Below are positions 43,442-57,430 of a DNA stretch of 64,000 nucleotides, in pieces. The notes under the pieces are model-generated. The model had not been told where the DNA came from. It searched no databases and saw nothing but the letters and a program-made list of their open reading frames with translations. Both the position numbers and the translations under genes were made by a program. This stretch comes from Eledone cirrhosa. Lineage: Eukaryota. The DNA is taken from the NCBI GenBank assembly GCA_964016885.1, contig OZ024740.1, forward strand, positions 142,662,001 through 142,726,000, read 5' to 3'. Numbering within the stretch: position 1 is the stretch's first letter; the number at the start of each line of letters is the position of its first letter.

Positions 43442-43947
43442 TACCTCATTTTACTAGTCTCAAGAACGCGTCTACACGACGTGAGAAAGAATCCCAAAAG
43501 GCGGAGGGGGAGATAGTCACGCGATATAACGGTCGAGAAACAGAGCTAAGCCTCTTATAACCACGAAGAAAATACCACGGAGGCGGAGGGGGTATTCATA
43601 TCGAGGCCGTAGAAGAGGTAGTGAAGAAGGCGAGAAGTATGAGTAATGGAAGCTTTCCAGTTGTCCTCACACTTCAAAGATTGCTCGACCAGAGGGAGTT
43701 ATTAACAATATATTTAGAAACACACAGATACATGCGGACACACACATATATACATGAATGCATCCGCACCCAACTGTGAGTTAAGGGTGCCAACTTCACC
43801 GATGTTGCTCAATGAATGACTGGGACAGACCAATTCAGTTTGAACTAGACTGAACCAGTATCAGAGTTAAAAATACATTATGAAGAGAGAAGAAACATTT
43901 AGATATAATTAGTAATAAAATGTATCATACCTAAACTGCTCCTAAAT

Positions 43948-44035
43948 TCCTCGACTACGTAGTTTCGTGGCATAAACAAAAACAATATATCAAAGATATA
44001 GAGTCCTTGCGAGGTCTGCCGACTTATCAAGAGGA
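43948..44035 (-). ncRNA. Type-I hammerhead ribozyme, U3:A8 core variant (copy 2)
   Basis: Identical to copy 1. Predicted cut between 43953 and 43952. Confidence 0.8.
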
Positions 44036-44223
44036 TACCTCATTTTACTAGTCTCAAGAACGCGTCTACACGACGTGAGAAAGAATCCCAAAAGGCGGAG
44101 GGGGAGATAGTCACGCGATATAACGGTCGAGAAACAGAGCTAAGCCTCTTATAACCACGAAGAAAATACCACGGAGGCGGAGGGGGTATTCATATCGAGG
44201 CCGTATATATATATATAATATAT

Positions 44224-44251
<28 letters not shown>

Positions 44252-44256
<5 letters not shown>

Positions 44257-44376
44257 GAAGAGCTTCTACAGGACTAGAACTGTTTCATTCGTGAGAAATC
44301 CTCAGGAAATCATCAGGGCTTCCTGATGATTTCTCATGAATGAAACAGTTCTAGTCCTGTAGAAGTTCTTCTATAT
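44252..44376. repeat. Palindrome with a CTGANGA..GAAA core on both strands
   Basis: Arms about 44252-44308 and 44320-44376. Confidence 0.85.
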
Positions 44377-44448
44377 TAAAACTTTTATACTCTGCTATGT
44401 ATTGAGTACCTTACTTACTGTGGTTACCTCTGATTCAACCCAAAATAA

Positions 44449-44530
<82 letters not shown>

Positions 44531-44691
44531 AACAAGATATCGTTATAAGTAATCCAATTAGAGGTAGTGAATACTTCTTATTATGGATAGTTTCACCGTA
44601 CGGCGTTGTATGACTTAACAAGAGGTTTACGTAGATGACGAGTTTATGATTTCACTTGTATTCCTATGTAAGTTTATCTTGGAGTAATAAC

Positions 44692-44896
44692 ATTGAAAAA
44701 TTGGGGAATAACATGGTCAACAGTACAAAAAAGGGGATTTATTTACAGTCTAACAATTGTTTCACTGATAGAGTTGTCTAAAAATTGCTAAACACTTAGC
44801 AACTTTTAGACAACTCTATCAGTGAAACAATTGTTAGACTGTAAATAAATCTCCTTTTTTTGTACTGTTGACCATGTTATTCCCCAATTTTTCAAT
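44692..44896. repeat. Near-perfect palindrome (about 100-bp arms, 4-nt loop)
   Basis: 44692-44791 versus 44796-44896. Confidence 0.9.
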
Positions 44897-45046
44897 TATA
44901 TATATATCGTTTTCCTGTCTTCCTCCGGTTGCAACGTTTTTTGAAATATCCAGTTCTGCGTTTACAGATTGACTTTGTTAGTTTCAGAAGATCCCGTTAA
45001 GGGTGAAAGCAGCGATTCTTTGCTTAAACTTTAATCTGTTATTTTA

Positions 45047-45089
<43 letters not shown>

Positions 45090-45095
<6 letters not shown>

Positions 45096-45285
45096 GCTTA
45101 ACACTTGAAATAGCAGAGTCTTAACGTTTTGGACACTAGTTCTTCATCGGAAAATAGAGTAAGAAATAGAAGATAAATAGAAAGTAAAGAGTGGTAAGAG
45201 GAAGGAATGGTGAAAAATGAGAAGAAAAAAATTGGGGAGAAAAACAACACACGGTCGTATTCAGTCAGCCATCTTATATATATAG
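45090..45285 (-). mobile_element. PLE 3' end, family P2
   Basis: Aligns with 15640-15820. Decayed hammerhead CCGATGA-AGAAC(TAGT)GTCC-AAA-ACGT-T-AAGA. Confidence 0.65.
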
Positions 45286-45840
45286 TGGTAAAAATATCCA
45301 AGGTATAGAGCAACTCGAGTCTGTAAGATGAGTTTTAATATAATTATTAAGGACAGTTACTACAATGACACAGGCTGAAAAAGTTGGCACCCCAGTCCAA
45401 TGAAACCATATGTACCTGGTATGGTGCTGTAGTAAATTGCCTTAATAATTACATATATATCCTCTCCCACCACCAGTCCCCAACAGCTATCCTATTCACC
45501 ACTGCACACACTCCCATCCATGCTCCCTCCATTATCACTCTTTAGCTACTCCCTGCTCAAAAGCTCTAAGATATCCTCATTATCGCACCCTAGTATCTAC
45601 TCTCTCTAACACTACATGCTCTCCACTAGCCCACCATAGTTATTTTTTCCATCACTGCACTCTCCCCACCCTGCACGATATGGACCACACCATCCACATA
45701 GACATTCCTACCCCTACATCCCCTCTCCCTCTATACTAACAGTCATCTCTTTTTCCTACCCATCACCCTGTCAAATCGCCACATTTGCCATACACATCTA
45801 ACTTCATACCTATCTCCCTTCTCCTCTCAATTCCCCCTTC

Positions 45841-45877
<37 letters not shown>

Positions 45878-46177
45878 CATCATCATCACCATTTTACGTC
45901 CGTTCTTCCACGCTAGCATGGGTTAGACGGGTTGTCCTGTTGTGGGCAATATCTGGTCGGCTGACCATGCCTTGCTCATACAGGAACCGATTTTAGCTTG
46001 CTTTCTAAAGCTGGATGCCCTTCCTAACACCAACCTCATTTACAGTGAGTGCTGGGTGTTTTTTTTCCATGGCGCCTACACGTCCACTTTACAGTGGGAG
46101 GGTGTGGGGGCATATTGTCTATATGCTTCAGTTTGTACCCATGGGAGGTCGGGTACTCAGTATTACTGCGTGACGCC

Positions 46178-46209
<32 letters not shown>

Positions 46210-46215
46210 ATATAT

Positions 46216-46381
46216 ATATTTATTAAAATAACAGATTAAAGTTTAATCAAAGAATCGCTGCTTTCACCCTTAACGGATCTTCTGAAAGCAGCGATTCTTT
46301 GCTTATATTTAATCTGTTATTTTAATAAATATTTGCTCTAAGGTTCTTATATATTTGATATATATTTGATATATATTTATC

Positions 46382-46445
<64 letters not shown>

Positions 46446-46523
46446 AAAGGATAAATATATATCAAATATATATCAAATATATAAGAACCTTAGAGCAAAT
46501 ATTTATTAAAATAACAGATTAAA
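46216..46523. repeat. Two overlapping palindromes of family P4 (other copies at about 44985-45052 and 50905-51082)
   Basis: Arms 46216-46266 and 46283-46332; also arms 46308-46386 and 46445-46523 around (TA)n. Confidence 0.85.
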
Positions 46524-46584
<61 letters not shown>

Positions 46585-46601
46585 TATATATATATATATA
46601 T

Positions 46602-46664
<63 letters not shown>

Positions 46665-46686
46665 CAACATGACCCTCCCAAAGTAT

Positions 46687-46733
<47 letters not shown>

Positions 46734-46738
46734 TATAC

Positions 46739-46805
<67 letters not shown>

Positions 46806-46827
46806 CAACATGACCCTCCCAAAGTAT

Positions 46828-46882
<55 letters not shown>

Positions 46883-46889
46883 CATATAC

Positions 46890-47030
<141 letters not shown>

Positions 47031-47056
47031 CAACATGACCCTCCCAAAGTATAACA

Positions 47057-47722
<666 letters not shown>

Positions 47723-47761
47723 TATACATATATATGTATATATATGAATATATATATATAT

Positions 47762-48120
47762 ATATATATCATAAAACATGTCTATAGAATCACCAGATAA
47801 AATATATACCATTTCCTCTCCCAATTAGCATAATTAACTATATAAATAATCGAATAGACCAGGCTATAAGAATAAGGCTTCTATGCAGATATCTCCAACA
47901 AATAACCGAAACTAGCCCTTCGCGTCGAAATATTCAATAAATATTCCGTCGCGGCCGACGCGAAGGGCTAGTTTCGGTTATTTGTTGGAGATTTCTGCAT
48001 AGAAGCCTTATACTTATAGCCTGGTCTATTCGATTATTTATATAGTTAATTATGCTAGTTGGGAGAGGAAATGGTATATATTTTATCTGGTGATTCTATA
48101 GACATGTTTTATGATATATA
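47762..48120. repeat. Near-perfect palindrome (about 165-bp arms, 28-bp spacer), related to family P3
   Basis: 47762-47927 versus 47956-48120. Confidence 0.9.
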
Positions 48121-48296
48121 GCTCTGATTATTTAATTTATTAACTTTTCATTGAGCCACAAAGTGACCCATTGCAAAACACGTATATGTATGTATATATA
48201 TATATATATATACGTATGTAAACCTTTATATATATATATATATATGTATATATATGTATATATGTATATATATATATATGTATGTAAACCTTTATA

Positions 48297-48617
<321 letters not shown>

Positions 48618-48634
48618 TATATATCATCATTTCA

Positions 48635-48958
48635 TCATTTCATTTTACGTCCACTTTTTCCCTGCTTGCAAGGGTGGGACGGCAACTGATTCTGGCTTGA
48701 TTTCTACAGCTGGATGCCCTTCTAACACCAACCTCACTTACAGTGAGTGCTGGGTGGTTTTTTGTCGTGGCACCACTTTGCAGTGGAATGATAAGGACCC
48801 CAGTCCCTATCATCTCATTTCTACAGCTGAATAAACTGGAGCAATGTGAAATAAAGTGTCTTGCTCAAGGAAACAACACATCACCCGGTCTGAGAATTGA
48901 ACTTACAACCTTTCGATTGAAAGGCCAATGCTCTAACCACTAAGCCATGTGCCTCCAT
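48635..48958 (-). mobile_element. SINE family B
   Basis: Same head, core and tail as 35705-36045. Confidence 0.85.
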
Positions 48959-49019
48959 ATATATATATATATAACCCATGCAAGCATGGAATATGGACGT
49001 TAAACGATGATGATGATGA

Positions 49020-49054
<35 letters not shown>

Positions 49055-49067
49055 TATATATATATGT

Positions 49068-49153
<86 letters not shown>

Positions 49154-49166
49154 GTATATATATATG

Positions 49167-49203
<37 letters not shown>

Positions 49204-49204
49204 G

Positions 49205-49238
<34 letters not shown>

Positions 49239-49290
49239 TGTGTATATATATATACATATATATATATAATATATATGTATATATATATAT

Positions 49291-49330
<40 letters not shown>

Positions 49331-49339
49331 CATATATAC

Positions 49340-49391
<52 letters not shown>

Positions 49392-49402
49392 ATATATATA
49401 TA

Positions 49403-49735
49403 TGGCTTAGTGGTTAGAGCATTGGGCTTGCAATCGAAAGGTTGTGAGTTCAATTCTTAGACCGGGTGATGTGTTGTTTCCTTGAGCAAGACACTTTATT
49501 TCGCATTGCTCCAGTTTACTCAGCTGTAGAAATGAGATGATAGGACTGGGGTCTCTATCATTCCACCGTAACGTGGTGGTGGAGGTGGAATGGAAAAAAA
49601 AGCACCCAGCACTCACTGTAAATGAGGTTGGTGTTAGGAAGGGCATCCAGCTGTAGAAATCAAGCCAGAACCAGTTCCCGTCCCACCCTTGCAAGCAGGG
49701 AAAAGTGGACGTAAAATGATGAGGATGATGATGAT
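49403..49735 (+). mobile_element. SINE family B
   Basis: TGGCTTAGTGGTTAGAGC..GAGTTCAATTC..ggacgtaaaatgatg. Confidence 0.85.
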
Positions 49736-49807
49736 GAAACAAGAAAAATAAGACGTTAAATGGTGATGATGATGATATGTATTTATATATATATATATAT
49801 GTATATA

Positions 49808-49921
<114 letters not shown>

Positions 49922-51087
49922 CACTAAATGTGAGTGTGTAAAAGAGAGTGTGTGTTGTGCATAGAAGTATATATCTTGCTAAATTTTTGATAAGTTTCTT
50001 TGACTGTAACATCATCATTATCATTATCATTTGAGGTCCGCTTTTCCCTGCTTGCAATTTGGGAATTTTCTGGGTTTTTAAATTTTGATTCACAATATAA
50101 GGAAAATTGTTATTATCATTTAGTCGTTAATGCATATGAAATTATATAGATATAATTGTTACTCAGTAATTTCAGTGAACATTTATTCTACCCTTCTGAT
50201 GGAGCTTGGCTCAGTAGTTAGGGTATTCAACTCATGATCATGAAGTCAAGTGTTCAATTCTCAAAATACCCTTGTGTCTTTGAGCAAGACACTTTATTTT
50301 GTGTTGTTCCCGTCTATTTCAGCTGGAAAAAATAAGCACTGCCAGTAATTCAAAATTGTCAACCTTCTCACATTATGTCTCATGCTGGGTCTACCTAGAA
50401 ACTATTTAAAATGTACTCAGCCATTTGCCAATTAATTTCATGAACAAGATGATCAAACAACTGACATATTTATCATTGTAACATACATAGGTCCAAGACA
50501 ATGTGACAATTCAAAATAATATAATACAATTTAAACAACATTTCGGAAGGAAATAAAAAATATAATAATTAGTTAATTAATCATTTCAGCAAATAAATAG
50601 AAAAAAAATAAACGTATATTCTCATTTACATGAGCTAATCATTAAGTGGGTTTTTTTATGTGCATGTTATATATCCAATATTAATCATAAAAATATGCAT
50701 GTATAACTGAAAATAATCATGTTTGAATGTACATGTGTGTTAGTATGGCTGCAACATGTCTAGCTTCTAAGTAAATATACATATTGGTATACAGCTATGT
50801 TAGATGTATATATATATGAAGATATTTTATATATAACTATACAAATTATATATATATATAGTAATAATAATAAATGTGAAGACTAAAATCCAAAGAGGGC
50901 TCGATAAGGATAAATATATATCAAATATATAAGAACCCTAGAGCAAATATTTATTAAAATAACAGATTAAAGTTTAAGCAAGGAATTGCTGCTTTCATGC
51001 TTAACAGGATCTTCAGAAGATCCCGTTATGGGTGAAAGCAGTGATTCTTTGCTTAAACTTTAATCTGTTATTTTAATAAATAAATAA

Positions 51088-51131
<44 letters not shown>

Positions 51132-51134
<3 letters not shown>

Positions 51135-51720
51135 AAAGTATGTCCGTAGAATCATTTGATAAGATATATACACCATCTCCTCTCCCAATCAGCATAATCA
51201 ACCACACAAAAAACCAATTAAATCAGGCTATAAGATTAAAAAGCACCTATGAAGAAATAATAGATAATTAAATGACAGCCATCTATTCGTGATCAACAGC
51301 TATAGAATATTTACCCAGCATTTCAATAGCACGTGGAAATCGATTAAATATATCGTCAACCATACACAATTAGGTATAAAATTAAAGTTAGAAGAAAAAA
51401 TGTATATAAACATACCAAGGTTACATTTCTACCCCTTGGGATTTCATTCACTTTTGGAAGTATCCGATCAAGGATAAATTCTCGAGCTTCAAAATCATCA
51501 GGAAACAAACTCACTTGGACGAAGATTTTTCTTAAATGATCCCTGCCAGAAACGAATTCAAAATGGCTAAATCAGAAAGAATGTGATTGGTGCCTTACGG
51601 CGAGTGGGATGGTTGCTAGAAAGCACAGCCTAATATTGCCTAAATTGCATCTCAAACTTATGGGAGATTATCAAATATAAAGATTTACATATACACAAAC
51701 TAGACAAAGTCATAGATATA
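51132..51720. mobile_element. Family P3 copy
   Basis: Colinear with 28976-29585 apart from a small internal deletion. Confidence 0.7.
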
Positions 51721-51871
51721 TATATATATGTGTATATATATATATATATGTGTATATATATATATATGTGTATATATATATATATGTGTGTATATATATA
51801 TATCATCATCATCATCATATATAGTTAATTTTAATAATAAGTTAATTTTTTTTAAATTTTCTTATTTTACG

Positions 51872-51917
<46 letters not shown>

Positions 51918-51988
51918 CGTAAAATAAGAAAATTTTAAAAAAATTAACTTACTTACTAAAATATATATATATTTTAGTAAGTAAGTTA

Positions 51989-52031
<43 letters not shown>

Positions 52032-52087
52032 AACCAGTAAGACCCCGACAGCTGAGCTCAAGCCGTTTCGACGGCTAATTCTTGGTT

Positions 52088-52484
52088 TGCCTCTCTACGA
52101 TCCGAGTTGCAAACCGATGGACTTGTCCCGGTTCAGCTTCGCTCCTGTGAACCTTTCGTATTCCTTCAGTAAGGTGCCGACTTCCTCAATTTGCAAGGTG
52201 CTCGACACCATTACTGTCACGTCGTTGGCAGTCCCGGTTCCAGAGGGATGCCCTGCAATAGCTCCAACTTCTGTAGTAGTGGCTCGAGAGTCGGTACGTA
52301 CAGAAGGGAGGAGAGAGGGTATCCCTGTCGGATGGATCGCGTGATATGGAATGGCTCCGAGGGATAGCCGTTCACCTTGACCCTTGAGCAGATGTTGCTG
52401 CTGTGCATTGCAGCAATCCAGCTCCTGAACACGGTACCGAAGCTTGCCGCCTCGAGCACCGCATCCAGGTAACAGTGGTCAACC
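52088..52484 (-). pseudogene. Internal RT fragment of a Tx1/L1-clade LINE
   Basis: VDHCYL..VKVNG..ITRSIRQGYPLSSLLY..LEPLL, then ANDVTV (decayed YADD) and TGAKLNRDKS. Confidence 0.85.
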
Positions 52485-52486
52485 CA

Positions 52487-52539
<53 letters not shown>

Positions 52540-53129
52540 CAGATAGATAGAAGTAACACAAACATAAGGGTGCATTAATATTTGAATATTCAATGTTACA
52601 TTTAGTATGTATTGTCTATTTAATGAAGAGTTTCTTAACTATATATAGTTCAAAACTAACTCGGATCATAAAAATACATTCAACCCCCACCAATTTAGGA
52701 AAACTTCCATCAAATGATTACATATATATGTGTGTGCGTGTGTGTATATATATATAGTATGCTCAGATGCAGAAAAATAAACATAAATACAGTCATCTGT
52801 TATAAATAGCTTAGAAAATCTGATAAAGACCCTTTCAGAAGCAACTGATTGTATTTACAGTTATTTTTCTGCATCTGAGCATGGTTCATTTTCTATGAAC
52901 TTCATAATCTCCTAGCACTTCGAAAGTTCATACTTTGCATATGATGTTTGTTTATATATGCCGGAGTTTCATCGCCTACAATAGTGGGTGGCCCTGAGTA
53001 ACTCAGGTGTCATGGTGAAAAGGGTTGAAACACCTAGAGTTACTTCACTGCCTGGTGAGGACATCAACCAGCTACTGCATTGGGAGATGGAGTACAGTAG
53101 CACCTTCAGCACAAATCTGTGTTTACCAA

Positions 53130-53172
<43 letters not shown>

Positions 53173-54499
53173 AACGAGTAGGACCCCGACGGCTGAGCTC
53201 AAGCCGTTTCGACAGCTAATTCTACATACATACATACATACATACATACATACATAAATACATACATACACATATATACGTATATTTGTATATTTACATT
53301 TATGTATGTATCATTCATCGTCATCTTCATTTAATGCCCATTTTCCATTCTAATGTATGTATATATACCCATACCCATATACATATATACTTATGTAAGT
53401 GCAACTGTGCTATTTTATTTACAAGCATGTTTTACCACATATATCCTATTTTTACCAAACCCACAACCCTGCCACTTCTTCCAACTGCAATTCTTATATA
53501 TCATATAATTTGTAACTTCTTTTTGTGTGTATGTGTATGTGTGTGTGTGTGTATTTCTCATGTTCTTTTTTTCTTTGCTTTCTTGCCAGTGTTTGATATT
53601 CAATTCCTTCAAAATTTACTGATAATTCTGTAATTTCTTCTTTGTGTAAACATGTAATGCAATTAATTTTACATTCTCTCTCTTATTTTTTTTCAAATAT
53701 TTAATCAATTTCACTAACATTCTTTTGCAATTACAATCATACATAATCAATTACATTTATAATACTATATAATCATCATCATCATTATCATCATCATTAT
53801 CATCAACAGGATGATCATGATCATCATTATCATTTTCATCATTTATTGAATGAATAAATGTCATTTCCACTCTCCCTCACCTATCTCTTCTCACAGCAAT
53901 TGCTACCACAATCACCACCACATCATCATCATCATTGTACAGCTGTTCATGCTGCTTTATTAATATCATCATAATTGTCTTTTTAGTTTACAGTTTGTTC
54001 AATTATATTTTATTATTTGCTGGAGTTGTTGGCGTTGGTGTTGTTGATGTTATTATTGGTGTTGAGAAGCTTTGAAGAAGTAGATAAACAACCAACCAAC
54101 ACAGAAAATGCTTTCATTTGATGTTCTAGCTTTAACCAGCCCACTTCCTTTTGTGGAGCATGCTATCCTAAATTTTGATTATTTCTAGCATTAGTTCCCA
54201 TTTTATAGATGCCAAATAGTTTATGTAAATGCTCTATTTTTATCAATTCATTGCCATAAAATCTATATGAAAGGTATGCATTTTGAAGTTGGTATTTCAA
54301 AGTCTATGAAACAGGCTGGAATGTAAATTTGTAATGAAACGAATATGGCTAATTTAATACCTTAGTTAAAAAATAGTTCAAGTTCCATAAAAGAGGAAGA
54401 TAAAACTTTAGAACAACTATAAATACATACTCAGTGAAATTATAAACAACTAATAAAATGCAAGTAACTCCATTTTGCATGCCACCACCATAAATGAAA

Positions 54500-54950
54500 C
54501 TTAAAGGTCAGTCTGCCTCATGGTCCCTGCCAACAGGATGGAGAAGACATTGCTCCAGAGGATGGTGAGGAAGACATGTTGGAACAGCCACTCCACTTTG
54601 CAGGGCTTGCACTTGCGGGTAACCAGCTCTGTGCTGATATTAGTGAGCAGAGATGTGATCTGAGAGTCAAAAACACTGGAAGTTTCCACTGTTACAGAGC
54701 AGCTGATACTTTGACAGTTTGCCCTCTTCGTATGGCAGGCAGTGAAGCCTGGGCTGGTAGCCAAATGCACCAAGTTGCCATTAGGGAAGGTGTCATATGA
54801 GACATCTCTGATGAAGGGCCTACCCCAATGGAACAGGAAGATTGTCATGCCATCTGCCCTTCTACCATCCCCTCAATCCAGCCCCACTGGCTCGAGCTGG
54901 GAAAGGAAGCCTGCACCATACAAGCCATGCTTTATCATTTTGTTGGTGGG
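54500..54950 (-). mobile_element. Second decayed copy of the CRE-like REL 3' end seen at 1-838
   Basis: RADGMTIFLFHWGRPFIRD..ITSLLT..KCKP..EWLFQ..NVFSI aligns with 466-800. Confidence 0.75.
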
Positions 54951-55019
54951 AAAAGGGTTTAGTAACAGAATTGATCAGATTTAACAACTACATAAAACCT
55001 CCCTTCTTGATTTATTTTA

Positions 55020-55460
55020 TTGATTCATTGACCACAATGGCTGAAGACATTGAAGACAATAAAGGGGAAAAAACACAAAGTAAAAGAAACAGGACATCAA
55101 CGAAGTAAAATCAATAGGTATAACAATAACACTAATTGTAATAAACAGATATTAACTAGGATCAATTCACCAATAGAGGAAGACTGTGTTTTAGAGTATT
55201 TCCAAGGAAAATCCCACACAAAACCCCAGATTACTCCATCACCTCATGGGCATTGAAAGTGCCTCTCCAGTCTTTTTTCTCTTGCTTAGAAATGCATAGT
55301 CAGAGTAAGCCTATTTAACCTTGAAAATCTTCCCACACTCTCCCATCTTTCACAAAACACACTATAAGGCAACACCTCTCTCTCCACATCAAGTGGTTTT
55401 TGAAGTTCATGAGGGCTTGGCAGGAGAGGAAGATTCACGTCTTCAAACTTTTTAGATGTA
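55020..55460 (-). mobile_element. Decayed Tx1-like 3' end
   Basis: VEREVLP..F.ERW..LN.LTLTM matches 57711-57830. Confidence 0.6.
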
Positions 55461-55897
55461 TCCAACAAACATCCTCTTTCGTCATAGCTACCAGACACAG
55501 GAAGACTTTCCATGCCTCTTTTCTAAAGGACAGTGGCAGTTTCACTATAGAGCCAGCTGATAACCAGATCTGTCTTAGCAGTTGTTAGACACAAGCCCTC
55601 AAATCTGCAATACATAAACATTGAGTGGTAGTATGCAGAAGGGTTTTATCGTGTGAGCATCTTTGATAGGTTCAACTGTTGCACTTCCGTGCCTGTAGAA
55701 CTTATTTGAAACTGATAGTGTCCTTTGGTAACACTGCCATGCCAAAGCCCTCCGGAAGAGACTACTAATATTATCCTCATCAATGCACCAAACCACGCCT
55801 AGGCCATTGTTGCTCATACTTTCCACTAACTCACAATAGAAAGCAATTGTTGTTTTATGTCCAGCTGGTAAAGTGATGTCAGCACCTAGCAGCACTC

Positions 55898-55933
<36 letters not shown>

Positions 55934-56049
55934 GTCCTGAATATCTGAGGCTGCAGGTAGTGGCTTGATATTCAATCCAACGGACTTTCCAGTTAACCAA
56001 CATCAATGACTGAGATTCAAGGAATAACAATAACAATAATAATAATAAT

Positions 56050-57395
56050 AACACGCTTGCCATACCAGTGGTAACCTACAGTTACAATGTCATCAACTGG
56101 TCAAGCACAGAGATCCGTAGGCTCGATACAAAATTTAAAAAATTCTTAACCATGCACAGAATGCATCACCCTAAGGCAGATACAGATAGAATATATCTTC
56201 CTAGGAAAGAAGGAGGACGTGGGTTAATCCAGTTAGATATTGCGTTGAAAACTGCAACAATTGGACTATCTACATATCTAAGGGAATCACATGATTGGAT
56301 GATCAAACTCGTTTTGAAACACGAAAGCATCAAAAGATCATACTCCATTACAAAAGATGCACAAAGATACAGTAATGGACTACAAATTTCAGAAGTCCCA
56401 TTTACTGCTGAAATGGAAAACACAGAAAAAGCAAAGCAGGTAAAAGTAACTGCAAAGAAAGAACTGCTACAGAAACTGGCTTAGAAATGGCAAGAAAAGC
56501 CTCTGTATGGAAAATACCCAGAAAGAGCTAACAATCCTGATGTTGACAAAACTTTAACCCATCAGTGGTTGGCATCCTCTGGACTGAAATCGGAGACTGA
56601 AGGACTGATTATATCAGCACAAGATCAGTGTCTGCCAACAAAAAATTACTAAGCCAACATAATAAAAAATGGATGCAACCCATTATGCCGTGTATGTAAA
56701 AAACAACCAGAGACCATTGATCATATAATTTCAATGTGCTGTCCTATACCTCCAACCGAATACCTAAACAGGCATGACAGAGCTGCACAATACATACATT
56801 GGATAATGTGTAAGCATTTTGACCTGCCCCATCAAAAGAATTGGTGGGAGCATCAACCACCTCCCATACTTGAAAAAGATCACATCTCAATCTTGTGGAA
56901 CTTTAGCATCCAAACAGACCGAAAAATAGATGCAAATAGACCTGATATAATACTGAAGGACTTTAAAAAGAGGGTATGCCTGCTAATTGATATGTCCGTT
57001 CCAATAGACAAGAATGTATCTATAAAAACATTTGAAAAATTGAGCAAGTATAAGGACCTGGAGATAGAAATTGGAAAAATGTGGAAATTGAGAACTAAAA
57101 CAATACCAGTGGTCGTAGATGCTCTAGGAATGATACCTAAGGGGTCTAATGATTACTTATCGCAAATCCCAGGAAACTCTCATATAGGAGAAATACAAAA
57201 GATAGTACTAATGGGAACTGCCCATATACTAAGGAAGATTCTGTCAATATAAGTACATCACAAGTCTAAACACCTAAAGATGCATGTGTGTGTATGTATG
57301 TTCTTTCTTGTACATGGCGGACCTTGTTGTCTCTTGAGGTCACTGGTTGTGACTTGGTGATAACTTATATGAACATAAAGCAAGATAAATGCAAC
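56050..57395 (+). pseudogene. 5'-truncated R4/Dong-clade non-LTR retrotransposon in (TAA)n
   Basis: HHPKAD..RIYLPRKEGGRGL, CRVC..ETIDHIISMC (CCHC), RHD, NRPDI..IDMSVP..EKLSKYKDL (REL). Two in-frame stops (about 56482 and 56649). (TAA)n on both sides. Confidence 0.9.

Positions 57396-57424
<29 letters not shown>

Positions 57425-57430
<6 letters not shown>

Larger units (their letters stand above)
43109..44205 (-). mobile_element. Partial tandem dimer (503-bp direct repeats, period 594 bp) with two hammerheads: retrozyme or non-autonomous PLE candidate
   Basis: 43109-43611 equals 43703-44205 with no difference seen by eye. 91-bp unique spacer. (TA)n on both sides. Confidence 0.85.

Noticed and set aside
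49403-49475. tRNA gene
   Set aside because: A and B boxes run into a SINE body repeated several times in the window; no convincing acceptor stem or terminator.
52760-52882. Imperfect inverted repeat as another ribozyme-centred palindrome
   Set aside because: The arms are real but short and diverged, and no convincing core can be read, so it was not counted.
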